64,000 nucleotides of DNA from Elusimicrobiota bacterium (GCA_036676805.1 JAKFCD010000056.1:2966-66965), one strand, 5' to 3'; numbered from the stretch's first letter, positions 46,981-55,817 are shown. Notes: generated from the letters alone by a model not told the origin. Numbers and translations are program-made.

Positions 46981-48450
46981 ATGAACCCAACGATGCGTCG
47001 TTACGCGCTTCTCGCATTCGCGGTATTGGGCGTGATTTTGGTTTACTCATGGCATGGCATGACCCATTCTAAGACCCTCCGAGTCGGCTTTCCCCTCATT
47101 TTTCTCCGGCAAGACCCGACGATCCTGGACCCGCGAAATACGGATACGGTCTATGAGTATTATCTGCTCGAGAATCTTGCCGTCGGCTTGGTCCGCGACT
47201 CGAGCCAGTCGCCGTCGGGCTACGGGCCCGGCATCGCGGAGTCTTGGGAGCGTCTCTCACCGACGCGTTGGGTATTCCATTTGCGGCCGGGACTGGCCTG
47301 GAGCGACGGCACCCCTATCGACCCCGCGCTGATCGCGAGTCATGTCGTGTCGTTGAGCCGGGAGAAACATAGGCACATCGTCTACCTGAAGAAGCTTCTG
47401 AGCGCGACGGTGGAGAACCGCGATCTCGTCCTCGAGTTCTCCGCGCCCACCAACGACGGCCTGATCCATGAGCTGAGCCTGGCGGACTCGGCGTTGCTCC
47501 ATCCCGACAATCTTACGAAGGACTGGCTCGTGACCTCGGGCCCTTTCTCGGTCGAATCATACGAACCAGGAAAGAGTCTTCACTTGAAGAAGAATCCCCA
47601 CTATCGGGTTCAAGACGGTTACCCGGACCAAGTGGAGCTAGTGGGCTTCACAAAGGATACCACCGGAAACTTCTTCGACACCGTCGACATCGACCTGCTG
47701 AAGATACCTCTCCCTTCTTTTCGAGGATCGAATCCGAAGGTCTTAGCCAAGGCGCCTCAGGTGCTTCGCGGCTACCCCACGTCGATTTACCAGCTGTACT
47801 TCAATACGGAGAAATCCCTTTGGCGCGACGTCGAGGCGCGTCGGGAATTGGCCTTCATCACCGAGCAGGCGCTGAAGGGGTTCACATATGCCGATCTCGC
47901 CCGTGAGCGCCAATTGATCCCGAAAGGCTATTCAGGCCGTCTCGATGACGGCGCGGTGCCGAGTGGCTCATCGCGGGGTCTCCTCGCCGGCAAACGCTTG
48001 AAAATCTACCTTTGGCCTTCATTCTCCGACGGCCCTCAGATCGCCGCGGCCCTCAAAGCAGGTTTCGAGAAGGCGGGAGTCCCGCTGGACATCGGGTACG
48101 CGTGGGAGCTGCCCGAGATGGCGCCCGATTCCGACCTCCAGATGACATTATTCGCGGGCAATCAGCGCGAAGCGATGGGAAGCTGGCAGTTCATGTTCTC
48201 CCCGGATCATGGGCACCTCCGCCACTTCCGTCCGAAAGTGGAGCCTTTTTTCGACCGGATCATGGCCTCCGACGACAAGGAGGACCGCGAGACCAACATC
48301 CGCGCCCTCCACAGTCACGTGTTGAAGGAAGCCTACGCCGTGCCCCTTTTCATCGAGGCGGACATCCTTGTGGCAAGCGATCAGGTCGACCTTTCACGTC
48401 TAAATCCCTTCGACTTGCGTCTGCGGTTCTATGAAGTCCAGTGGAAGTAG
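46981..48450 (+). CDS. ABC-type family-5 (oligopeptide) substrate-binding protein, without permease or ATPase genes
   Basis: PGIAESWERLSPTRWVFHLRPGLAWSDGTPI, VTSGPFSVESYEPG, LKKNPHY and EAYAVPLF. Confidence 0.88.
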   Translation: MNPTMRRYALLAFAVLGVILVYSWHGMTHSKTLRVGFPLIFLRQDPTILDPRNTDTVYEYYLLENLAVGLVRDSSQSPSGYGPGIAESWERLSPTRWVFHLRPGLAWSDGTPIDPALIASHVVSLSREKHRHIVYLKKLLSATVENRDLVLEFSAPTNDGLIHELSLADSALLHPDNLTKDWLVTSGPFSVESYEPGKSLHLKKNPHYRVQDGYPDQVELVGFTKDTTGNFFDTVDIDLLKIPLPSFRGSNPKVLAKAPQVLRGYPTSIYQLYFNTEKSLWRDVEARRELAFITEQALKGFTYADLARERQLIPKGYSGRLDDGAVPSGSSRGLLAGKRLKIYLWPSFSDGPQIAAALKAGFEKAGVPLDIGYAWELPEMAPDSDLQMTLFAGNQREAMGSWQFMFSPDHGHLRHFRPKVEPFFDRIMASDDKEDRETNIRALHSHVLKEAYAVPLFIEADILVASDQVDLSRLNPFDLRLRFYEVQWK

Positions 48451-49387
48451 CCGCTGGTCCCTCGACCTGAATCTCATCCGCAAGGGCGGCGCGCAGATAA
48501 AGTCCCCGCTGACCGGCCGCACTGAGCAGTTGAATTGGTCGGTCATCAAAGTTCCCGCGAAACTCCTTCCGATCTCCGTGGTCGAATGCCGTCTCGTAGG
48601 CATGGGCCGAACAGTCTACGGCTACGGCGACAGCCTGCTCTATACGGACTCCCTCACCCAAGCCTTCGCCGAGGCCTGGGAACGCCTATGGTTCGACCTT
48701 CATTGCGACGACCCAAACGGAGTCAGCGGCCCGCTTCGCAGTAGCAACGGCTTCGCCTGCGGAGCAACGCCACAAGAGGCCGAGGCGGCCGCACGATCCG
48801 AACTGATCGAGCGCGCCGTATATTTGACGGCCTGGAACGCGCGCAATGGCTGGGTCCCGATCACATCGACCGGACTCTTGAACCGGGTTCTACTCGCGTC
48901 CCTCGATGTCCTCGGCTGGGAAATCGCGTTATTCCGCCTGTCAGAGGAAACATTGGGCGATGTGATTTGCGGGCTGAGCACCCGAAAAACCGGCGGAGTG
49001 CTCTTCGACTGCGTCTATCAGCGGCAAGGCGTCGCTATGGGGCAGGCCCAATCGAAGGTGCTGCGTTCGCTTCTCAGATCCGCCGTCGTCCTTGGCAATT
49101 CCCCCGCCTCTTATGCGCCGCTTCCCGAGCGCGGCGGCCCTTCCTCGCATAGAGACTTCTATATGGAGCCGGCTAACCTCGTCGCCTTCGATTTCTTGAA
49201 GGAGCGGCTATCGATGGCCGAACGAGTTAAACTAGACGGCTGCGATCATACCGAGACCCGTATCCTTGTCGATATCGAAGGATTCCCCTGCGTCGCGGCG
49301 GCGACGAATCCACATTGGCCCGTTCTGAGCTGGGGCAAAGAATCGCTTAAAGAGGGAGGCAATCCATGGCCGCATCCTCTCGCCTGA
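48431..49387 (+). CDS. Compact YcaO-family protein
   Basis: AFAEAWER, SSNGFACG...EAEAAARSELIER (ATP-binding motifs) and a Pro-rich C-terminus NPWPHPLA. Confidence 0.85.
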   Translation: MKSSGSSRWSLDLNLIRKGGAQIKSPLTGRTEQLNWSVIKVPAKLLPISVVECRLVGMGRTVYGYGDSLLYTDSLTQAFAEAWERLWFDLHCDDPNGVSGPLRSSNGFACGATPQEAEAAARSELIERAVYLTAWNARNGWVPITSTGLLNRVLLASLDVLGWEIALFRLSEETLGDVICGLSTRKTGGVLFDCVYQRQGVAMGQAQSKVLRSLLRSAVVLGNSPASYAPLPERGGPSSHRDFYMEPANLVAFDFLKERLSMAERVKLDGCDHTETRILVDIEGFPCVAAATNPHWPVLSWGKESLKEGGNPWPHPLA

Positions 49388-51411
49388 CTCTCGTCTCGCC
49401 GCTGCGCGTCTGGCTCATTTTCAACGCGTTGTTCGTCGCCTTGGTCGCCAGCAGCTGGTATACCCTTTATCGTCAAGCCCAGGCCGACAACCAGCGCCTT
49501 GTCGCCAGCCAAACCATCACTTTGACCAAATCTCGCTTCGACGACATCAAGAACCGCCGGTTCCGGGATTTCGTCGAAGGCGTCGGCCGAGAGTTCTCGG
49601 ACCTCCATGTCCGGCTAAGCATCGCCGAAGAGACATACCAATTCGGCAAACTCCCCTCTCCGGGACACTGCAGCGACCTGGTCTACCCGCTCGGAGGTCG
49701 CGGCGCGGCGAGCGAGGCCCGCATCACGATGTGCCGCCCGTTCCGGTTCTCGAGCGCTCCGATCTTGGCCGTACTTCTCGTCTATCTCCTGATTTCAGGC
49801 CTGTCCCTCGTATTCGTCAGGCGGCTGGAGCGCCGCACGACCGCCGCGCTCGTCGAATTCCTGCGGGCCTCGGGCGTGGAGATCGATTCGGGTCGAGACC
49901 TTATCGGCATCATGGCGGACATGCGCGACATTCGTATTCGGCTCGATCAGGCCCAGGCGCAGGAACGCCAATTGATCGACACCCGCGCCCGCGCCGAACT
50001 GGCCGAGCAGGTGGCGCACGATATCCGGTCTCCGCTCACCGCCCTGGAGGCCACGGCCGGCGACATGGACTCGATGCCTGAGAAGAAGCGTCTTCAGATC
50101 CGAAGCGCCCTTTCCCGCATCCGCGATATCGCTAACGGCCTTCTCGATCGACGGAGAGCCGACATAGGGGAAAGCGGCTCTACAGTAAAAAGGGCGGATT
50201 CCTCCCCACAGCTGCTGTCCAGCTTGATCGAACCCATCATCTCCGAGAAACGCCTGGCGCTAGGACCCGACTCAGGCATCGAGGTCATTTCTCCCGATGC
50301 GGCCGGCTCCTACGGGCTCTTCGTCCTGGTCGATCCAGTGGAGTTCAAGCGGGCGCTCTCGAATCTTATCAACAACGCCTTGGAAGCTCTGGACGGAAAC
50401 GCGGGAAAGGTGCGCGTAACCGTCTCCAAGTGTGACAGCCAAATTCTCGTCGCCGTGAATGACGACGGCAAGGGCATGCCGCCGGACGTGCTCGCGAAGC
50501 TCGGACAGCGCGGCGCCACCTTCGGCAAGGCCGGCGGCTCCGGGCTGGGGCTCCATCATGCCCGGGCCAGCGCCAAGGCCTGGGGTGGACGCTTGGACAT
50601 CGCCTCGGAGGTCGGCGAGGGGACGACCGTGACTTTGGCTCTTCCCGCGGCCTCCGCGCCTGTTTGGTTCGTTCCTGAGGTCGCGACGGCTCGAAGCGGC
50701 CTCGTCGTGATTCTAGATGACGACGAGGGCATCCATCAGGTCTGGCGCGATCGTCTGAACTCCCTGGGTGCTGATGGACAAACCGTCGAAGTACGCGGCT
50801 TTTTCACGCCGCAGGACCTTCGGGGGTGGGTCAAGGCGAACCCCCTTGACGCTTCGCGCGCGCTCTATCTCCTGGACCACGACCTGGCAGGCTTCACGGA
50901 CACTGGTCTAAGCCTTGCTTCGGAACTCAGTCTTGAACGGCACGCGATTCTTGTTACGGGACGGCATGAAGACGCTAAAGTCCTGGAAGAATGCCGAATG
51001 CTTGGCATCCGCATGCTCCCAAAAGAGTTGGCCCCGCTGGTCCCCATCCGAGTGTCTGCTTCCGCTCCGACCAACGCCTCCGCGACTAGGCTGCTTGACG
51101 CCGTGTTGATTGACGACGACCCGCTGACCCGAATGACCTGGGAGAATGCGGCTGCCGAATCTGGGAAGGAGTTGCGCACCTTTTCTTCCCCAGCGGAGTT
51201 TATGCGCGAATATGGAGAGATCGACCGGCGGACGCCGATATACATGGATGTGAATCTGTCCACGGGGACGGACGGGGCCGCGGAGTCGCTGTGGGTTCAC
51301 TCTCTCGGGTTCAGCGAAATATACCTCGCGTCGGGGCATCCGCCTGAGAGATTCGCGAACCTTAAGCACCTACGGGCAGTGGTCGGCAAGGAACCGCCCT
51401 GGAACGCATGA
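49366..51411 (+). CDS. Membrane hybrid histidine kinase with two C-terminal receiver domains
   Basis: Two TM segments around a short periplasmic domain; QVAHDIRSPL, NLINNALEA, DDGKGM and GSGLGL; REC1 (ILDDD, LLDHDL) and REC2 (IDDD, YMDVNL). Confidence 0.92.
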   Translation: MAASSRLTLVSPLRVWLIFNALFVALVASSWYTLYRQAQADNQRLVASQTITLTKSRFDDIKNRRFRDFVEGVGREFSDLHVRLSIAEETYQFGKLPSPGHCSDLVYPLGGRGAASEARITMCRPFRFSSAPILAVLLVYLLISGLSLVFVRRLERRTTAALVEFLRASGVEIDSGRDLIGIMADMRDIRIRLDQAQAQERQLIDTRARAELAEQVAHDIRSPLTALEATAGDMDSMPEKKRLQIRSALSRIRDIANGLLDRRRADIGESGSTVKRADSSPQLLSSLIEPIISEKRLALGPDSGIEVISPDAAGSYGLFVLVDPVEFKRALSNLINNALEALDGNAGKVRVTVSKCDSQILVAVNDDGKGMPPDVLAKLGQRGATFGKAGGSGLGLHHARASAKAWGGRLDIASEVGEGTTVTLALPAASAPVWFVPEVATARSGLVVILDDDEGIHQVWRDRLNSLGADGQTVEVRGFFTPQDLRGWVKANPLDASRALYLLDHDLAGFTDTGLSLASELSLERHAILVTGRHEDAKVLEECRMLGIRMLPKELAPLVPIRVSASAPTNASATRLLDAVLIDDDPLTRMTWENAAAESGKELRTFSSPAEFMREYGEIDRRTPIYMDVNLSTGTDGAAESLWVHSLGFSEIYLASGHPPERFANLKHLRAVVGKEPPWNA

Positions 51412-51430
51412 ACCTATCCCGCGCTTTCAT

Positions 51431-51970
51431 ATGAACCGGGCCCCTGCGCTCTATCACATCGTTCCCGATGATCTAGTCGGGGATACGCTATACCCCCTGA
51501 ATCGCCTCGCAGAACTCCATCCCAGGGTCGCCTCGGAGCATGCCCGGAAATACACAGGCCGCGAGCGCCTGATGCAAGTTAGGCTGCCGATACTGGATTG
51601 CCTGTGGAACGACGTACTGCACTTGGCCCCGCTCCATCCGTCGATTACCAAGGCGGCGCTGCTTGCCTCGGGCTTCCAGGTCAGCCCGCGACGTTTCTTC
51701 GTGATCTCGCCGGAATTGCTTAATCCCCGGCACACGGTGCATTTCAAGCATTCCAGGGACACGCACGGGGTATATGATTTCCTGGCCTCGGACTTTTCAG
51801 CGTTTGAACCGGAGTCATACGAGGAACTTGAGCATGTTCCGGCGGAGCAGTCCGCTTACTTCCTGCGCATGAAAGCAACCGGAGAAAAGCCGCTCCTATG
51901 GGCAAGAACACCTCATGTATTCTATCTTGGCGATCTTCCCATAAACAACCTGCCGCGCATGGAGTGGTGA
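51431..51970 (+). CDS. Conserved-looking hypothetical protein
   Basis: Coherent ORF (LYHIVP...LYPLNRL...LPILDCLWNDVLHLAPLHP) 19 nt after the kinase. Confidence 0.6.
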   Translation: MNRAPALYHIVPDDLVGDTLYPLNRLAELHPRVASEHARKYTGRERLMQVRLPILDCLWNDVLHLAPLHPSITKAALLASGFQVSPRRFFVISPELLNPRHTVHFKHSRDTHGVYDFLASDFSAFEPESYEELEHVPAEQSAYFLRMKATGEKPLLWARTPHVFYLGDLPINNLPRMEW

Positions 51971-51975
51971 GACCG

Positions 51976-52746
51976 ATGAAGAAGCGCACCTCACGATCTG
52001 CCGCTCTCCTATTCGATCACTGCTACACGACCGACCGCGATCATAAGTTTCTCAAGCGACTCGCCAGAGCAGGTTTCACCCTTGACTCTTCGGTCGTCGA
52101 GCATCCGGGCCGGCATGTCTGCCGTTTCATTCTATTCTCGTCTCCTCAGCTAAAAACGCGCCATTACCTGGAATTCATCTCCAAACCAGTCCGTCAAGGC
52201 GTCAAACCGGGTCTCTCTTTCAGATGTGCCGACAGGCTTGAAGATCGATTCAAGGCGATTAAGCGTGACCGCGTCCTGAAACCGACTTTCGAGCACCGCA
52301 ACTACAATTGGAAGAAAACGGGACAGGGAGTTCACGCGCCCGGCTGGAACTTCGTTCACTTTCGCCGCAAAATCGCGGCCGTGGAAGTGTGGCTGACCGA
52401 ATACGAGCGGACGGGCGGAAAGAAGCGTCAGGTTAAATCACGACTATGGCACGATAACGGCGCCCTCGGCATCATCGGACTCGTCTTCGAAGCGACGGCA
52501 TCTGGCCGCCGCTATTTCGAGAGAATCCTCGGGAGAAGGATTGATGGATCTCTTCGGCTGCCTTGCGGGACACAATTGATCTTGGAGCCTGCAGCCAGAA
52601 CAAGGTTTCGCGGCGTCCTCATCAAAACCTCCAACTTCAGGAGATTCTGCGCGCGGGCGAAGCCCGACGAGATTTCGTCCCACGGAGGCCGCATGACCGC
52701 GGTGATTAAGAATCCGTCGGGCTCCTGGGATATCTTGGCCGTCTGA
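51976..52746 (+). CDS. VOC/glyoxalase-like (Glyoxalase_3-type) protein
   Basis: LLFDHCY, GFTL...VEHPGRHVCRFILF and HYLEFI; start ATG 51976. Confidence 0.6.
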   Translation: MKKRTSRSAALLFDHCYTTDRDHKFLKRLARAGFTLDSSVVEHPGRHVCRFILFSSPQLKTRHYLEFISKPVRQGVKPGLSFRCADRLEDRFKAIKRDRVLKPTFEHRNYNWKKTGQGVHAPGWNFVHFRRKIAAVEVWLTEYERTGGKKRQVKSRLWHDNGALGIIGLVFEATASGRRYFERILGRRIDGSLRLPCGTQLILEPAARTRFRGVLIKTSNFRRFCARAKPDEISSHGGRMTAVIKNPSGSWDILAV

Positions 52747-52754
52747 CGGCGGCT

Positions 52755-53225
52755 TTACGGCCCTGCCCGCACCAACCGCTTAAACCGTCGCCCGCCTTCG
52801 CTCGTTTTCGCGCTTATCGGCCGGCCGCGATTGAACCGCAGCTCAGCCAAGCGGCCGTTGCGAACACGACCGCTCAATATCCGCAGCGCATCCCAGTATT
52901 CGTCGAACACAGGAGCGGCCGGAGTGCCTTCCGCCACGGGGCCAAATGTCAGGCTGCGTTGGATGTTCTCGCACGAGACGATGTTCCCATCAACGATGTT
53001 GACGCCGTACATCGTGCAGTAGGCGTACTCTGAGCAGACCAGCGCCAACAGATAGCCCCATTGGCCGCTGCCAACCCCGGTCACGCTCGGAACCCCTGCG
53101 CGCTGGAGTACCTGATTGAACTGGCGCGCCTCGGCCCCCTCAGCGGACCTTGAATGCCCTGTTGCGGGGTGGCCGGACGGGAACGATTCGGAACTAACCG
53201 TCTCCGACATACCACGACGATCCAT
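52755..53225 (-). CDS. Hypothetical protein
   Basis: ORF with GGAGG SD, downstream of structured-leader copy 2. Confidence 0.5.
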   Translation of the reverse strand: MDRRGMSETVSSESFPSGHPATGHSRSAEGAEARQFNQVLQRAGVPSVTGVGSGQWGYLLALVCSEYAYCTMYGVNIVDGNIVSCENIQRSLTFGPVAEGTPAAPVFDEYWDALRILSGRVRNGRLAELRFNRGRPISAKTSEGGRRFKRLVRAGP

Positions 53226-53278
53226 AGGAACCTCCCACCTGCTCCCCGTTCTTTACACCCGGCACGGCGCCAGGCGAT

Positions 53279-53369
53279 AAAAAACGGGAAACGATAGTAG
53301 TCGTTTCCCGTGGTCGCATCCCGTTTCGGCGGGATCGTGGATACCCCGGGGCCGATTCCCCAGGCTACA
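53279..53369 (-). ncRNA. Candidate structured leader RNA, copy 2, ending in an intrinsic terminator
   Basis: Minus strand: 38-nt block, hairpin ATCCCG-CCGAAA-CGGGAT, then an 11-bp stem ACGGGAAACGA/TCGTTTCCCGT plus a T-run. Confidence 0.55.
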
Positions 53370-53464
53370 CAGGTCCATTTGCGTCTAATCCTAGTGTAGG
53401 CTGGGAACCGCACGCCTTACAGGGGCATTGGTCCTCCATAGGTTGGGGGCCAAAAGTCCTACCT

Positions 53465-53486
53465 AACAGCATGAAAATTGATCACT
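53465..53486 (+). promoter_or_regulatory. Shared motif copy B
   Basis: AACAGCATGAAAATTGATCACT, 43 nt upstream of ATG 53530. Confidence 0.7.
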
Positions 53487-53529
53487 GGATGGCAACGCTG
53501 CGATTCCGCGGCGACAAGAGAGGCCATCC

Positions 53530-53949
53530 ATGCCGAACGACTCCCCCTCCCAGGAGGGCGAGATACGCCGCCGCATCCTGATAGTTGAAGACGACGCCCT
53601 GATGCGAGTTTTCTATGAGCGCCTCTTCAAAAGCCACGCGCACGACCTGGACTATCACTTAGAGGGGAGCGCTGAGGGCGCGCTGGATTACCTGCGAGGG
53701 GCCAGCGTTGACGCGATCATCACGGACTGGGATCTACCGAGCGTCAATGGGATCTACTTATTGAAGGCTCTGCGTTCCCATCCATCCACCAAATCTCTGC
53801 CCGTCGTGATGGTAAGCGGGCGCACCGGTCCCGGCTATATGGACATCGCCCTCAAGAACGGGGCCAGCGACTACTTCTCCAAGCCTTTCGAGGTCACGGC
53901 CTTTCTCGATCGCTTGAGGTGCCTTCTCCGCCGACCCGGCGACCCCTAG
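53530..53949 (+). CDS. Single-domain response regulator (receiver only)
   Basis: LIVEDD, IITDWDLPSVNG, VMVSG and DYFSKPF. Confidence 0.92.
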   Translation: MPNDSPSQEGEIRRRILIVEDDALMRVFYERLFKSHAHDLDYHLEGSAEGALDYLRGASVDAIITDWDLPSVNGIYLLKALRSHPSTKSLPVVMVSGRTGPGYMDIALKNGASDYFSKPFEVTAFLDRLRCLLRRPGDP

Positions 53950-53953
53950 CCCA

Positions 53954-55264
53954 TTATGGCGCCAGTTCCCACTCCCCCCATTTCGCGCGCCTGAATAGCC
54001 CCCGATTCGCGGTGAGGATCGCGCTGACGGACGGCGGCTTGTAGCCCTTCGCCTTCGCCGCCGCGTACATTTCCTGGAGCGTCGCTGGGCCGTCCTTCTC
54101 GCGCAGGAACTCGACCAGGAAGTCCTTAAGGCTCTTCACGGCCCGCTCTTCCCATTCCGGCAGGCCGAAGATTCCGCCATGACGAGCCCGCACGAACTCC
54201 TCCTTATGGATGGCGAGCATCGTGTGGACGCTGACCGGGTTTACGGGCGCACGGTGAGGATAGAGCTCATCTATTTTCGCGGCGATCTTCTCGTGGTGCG
54301 CGGGCTTGCCGATCGCGGCCAGCGCCGCATGCGCCATAGAGTGAAGGCTGTGGGCGTTGAAGTAAGACCAACTCCGCAGTCCGACCGCGCCGTTTTCCTC
54401 GATGCCAAGCTCACGTGAGAGCTCAAAGCACCGGCGGAGGAATCCTGGCGTCGTTTCGATGAGCATCTTTTTTCGGAGCCAGGCTCCGAGTTCGTCGAGA
54501 GCCATCGGCCGACCTAGGTTCAGGAGCGCGGTCTTGGTGAGGTCCATAATCTGATCGTGGCGATATTTGATCGAGGCGCTCTCGTAGCACACATCATCCA
54601 GACCGATAGTGACCAGGAATTCGGGTTTGGATTCAGAGACCCGGCAGAGAAAAGCGAAGGCCAAGCCCGCCGACTCCTTTCCGCGGCAAAGAACGGAGGC
54701 GGTGTCCTTCCACTCATGGATTCCGGCCATGCCCTGGCGCGCGGCGAGAAGCTTGAGGTAAATCGAACGGAGCGCGTGCTTGAACTCCTCGGATTCAGGC
54801 TTAAGCAGCCGTCTTAAATCAGCTGTTCCCCGCTCAATGTCACTTTGGACAGTACGATTGGCGAGATTCAAAGCCCTTGAGATTCCAGCACGATCCATAG
54901 GATGCCCGTCCCAAAGGCCGTAAGCTTTTTCGAGGACGGCGCGGCAACGAAACTCTAGCCGCCCCAACAACTCGCAGATGCGATCGGGCAATTGAGCGGG
55001 GTCTGCATCCCCCAGGATTCCGGGGGCGAAGTCTCCTGCAATGGCCAGAAGCAGCGCCTGCCTGGCGCGACGGATTTGAAAGGGACCAAGCGCGAGACTC
55101 TCTAACGGAGCGACTGCCAAGTCATTGACGGTCCGCAATCCCTTCGCGGCGAGCGCCTTCAGTAAGAGGCGCTGAAGAGGCAGGTGATCCAGAGATTTTT
55201 CCGCCACGCGCGCGGCCTCGGCATCAGTTAAAGAACGCCTGAGAATGGTCGCTTCCGATTCCAT
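53954..55264 (-). CDS. Multi-domain DNA/RNAP-binding protein: alphaCTD-like + sigma70 region-4-like + HARE-HTH/wHTH
   Basis: LDHLPL...ALAAKGLRTVNDL; RAVLEKAYGLWDGHPMDRAGISRALNL; AALAAIGKPAHHEKIAAKI...IFGLPEW. Confidence 0.7.
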   Translation of the reverse strand: MESEATILRRSLTDAEAARVAEKSLDHLPLQRLLLKALAAKGLRTVNDLAVAPLESLALGPFQIRRARQALLLAIAGDFAPGILGDADPAQLPDRICELLGRLEFRCRAVLEKAYGLWDGHPMDRAGISRALNLANRTVQSDIERGTADLRRLLKPESEEFKHALRSIYLKLLAARQGMAGIHEWKDTASVLCRGKESAGLAFAFLCRVSESKPEFLVTIGLDDVCYESASIKYRHDQIMDLTKTALLNLGRPMALDELGAWLRKKMLIETTPGFLRRCFELSRELGIEENGAVGLRSWSYFNAHSLHSMAHAALAAIGKPAHHEKIAAKIDELYPHRAPVNPVSVHTMLAIHKEEFVRARHGGIFGLPEWEERAVKSLKDFLVEFLREKDGPATLQEMYAAAKAKGYKPPSVSAILTANRGLFRRAKWGEWELAP

Positions 55265-55339
55265 GTGTCTGAATGTGCGGCGTTAGGCGAGGATAATCCG
55301 ATTTCGGCCGGCAGTCAAGACTGGCGGTCGAGAATCCAG

Positions 55340-55356
55340 CAGCATAAAAATTGATC
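55340..55356 (+). promoter_or_regulatory. Shared motif copy C
   Basis: CAGCATAAAAATTGATC(GCC), 53 nt upstream of ATG 55410. Confidence 0.65.
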
Positions 55357-55409
55357 GCCAAAGCAGGACGCCGCTGACGTTAAGGCATCGGCGGCCAGCG
55401 AGGAGTTCA

Positions 55410-55817
55410 ATGGCGACCAGATCTTCACGGCAAGTCGGCGCGCGTCCTCACCGCATCCTGATCGTCGAAGACGACGACATAATGCATGTGTTCTACAAGG
55501 CGCTGTTCCGCAGGCACAAGGACGAGTTCGTCTGCCATTTCGAAAGGAGCGCGGCAGCCGCCCTGGTGCACCTGCGGTACGGGAACATCGAGGCAGTGGC
55601 TTTGGCCTGGGATCTTCCCGGCATCAACGGGATCGACCTTCTAAAGGGCATGCGCGTCAATCCCGAAACCAGGGACATCCGCGTGATGGTCGTCAGCGGT
55701 AGAACGAGGACGGAGGATCAAGTGCTGGCCCTGGCGAGCGGCGCCGACGACTATCTCACCAAGCCGTTCGAGGTCGACATCTTCCTGGCGCGCCTGCGCA
55801 CCCTGCTCCGACGTTAG
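55410..55817 (+). CDS. Single-domain pseudo-receiver (phospho-acceptor Asp replaced by Ala)
   Basis: Paralogue of 53530..53949, but reads EAVALAWDLPG where the paralogue has DAIITDWDLPS. Confidence 0.85.
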   Translation: MATRSSRQVGARPHRILIVEDDDIMHVFYKALFRRHKDEFVCHFERSAAAALVHLRYGNIEAVALAWDLPGINGIDLLKGMRVNPETRDIRVMVVSGRTRTEDQVLALASGADDYLTKPFEVDIFLARLRTLLRR

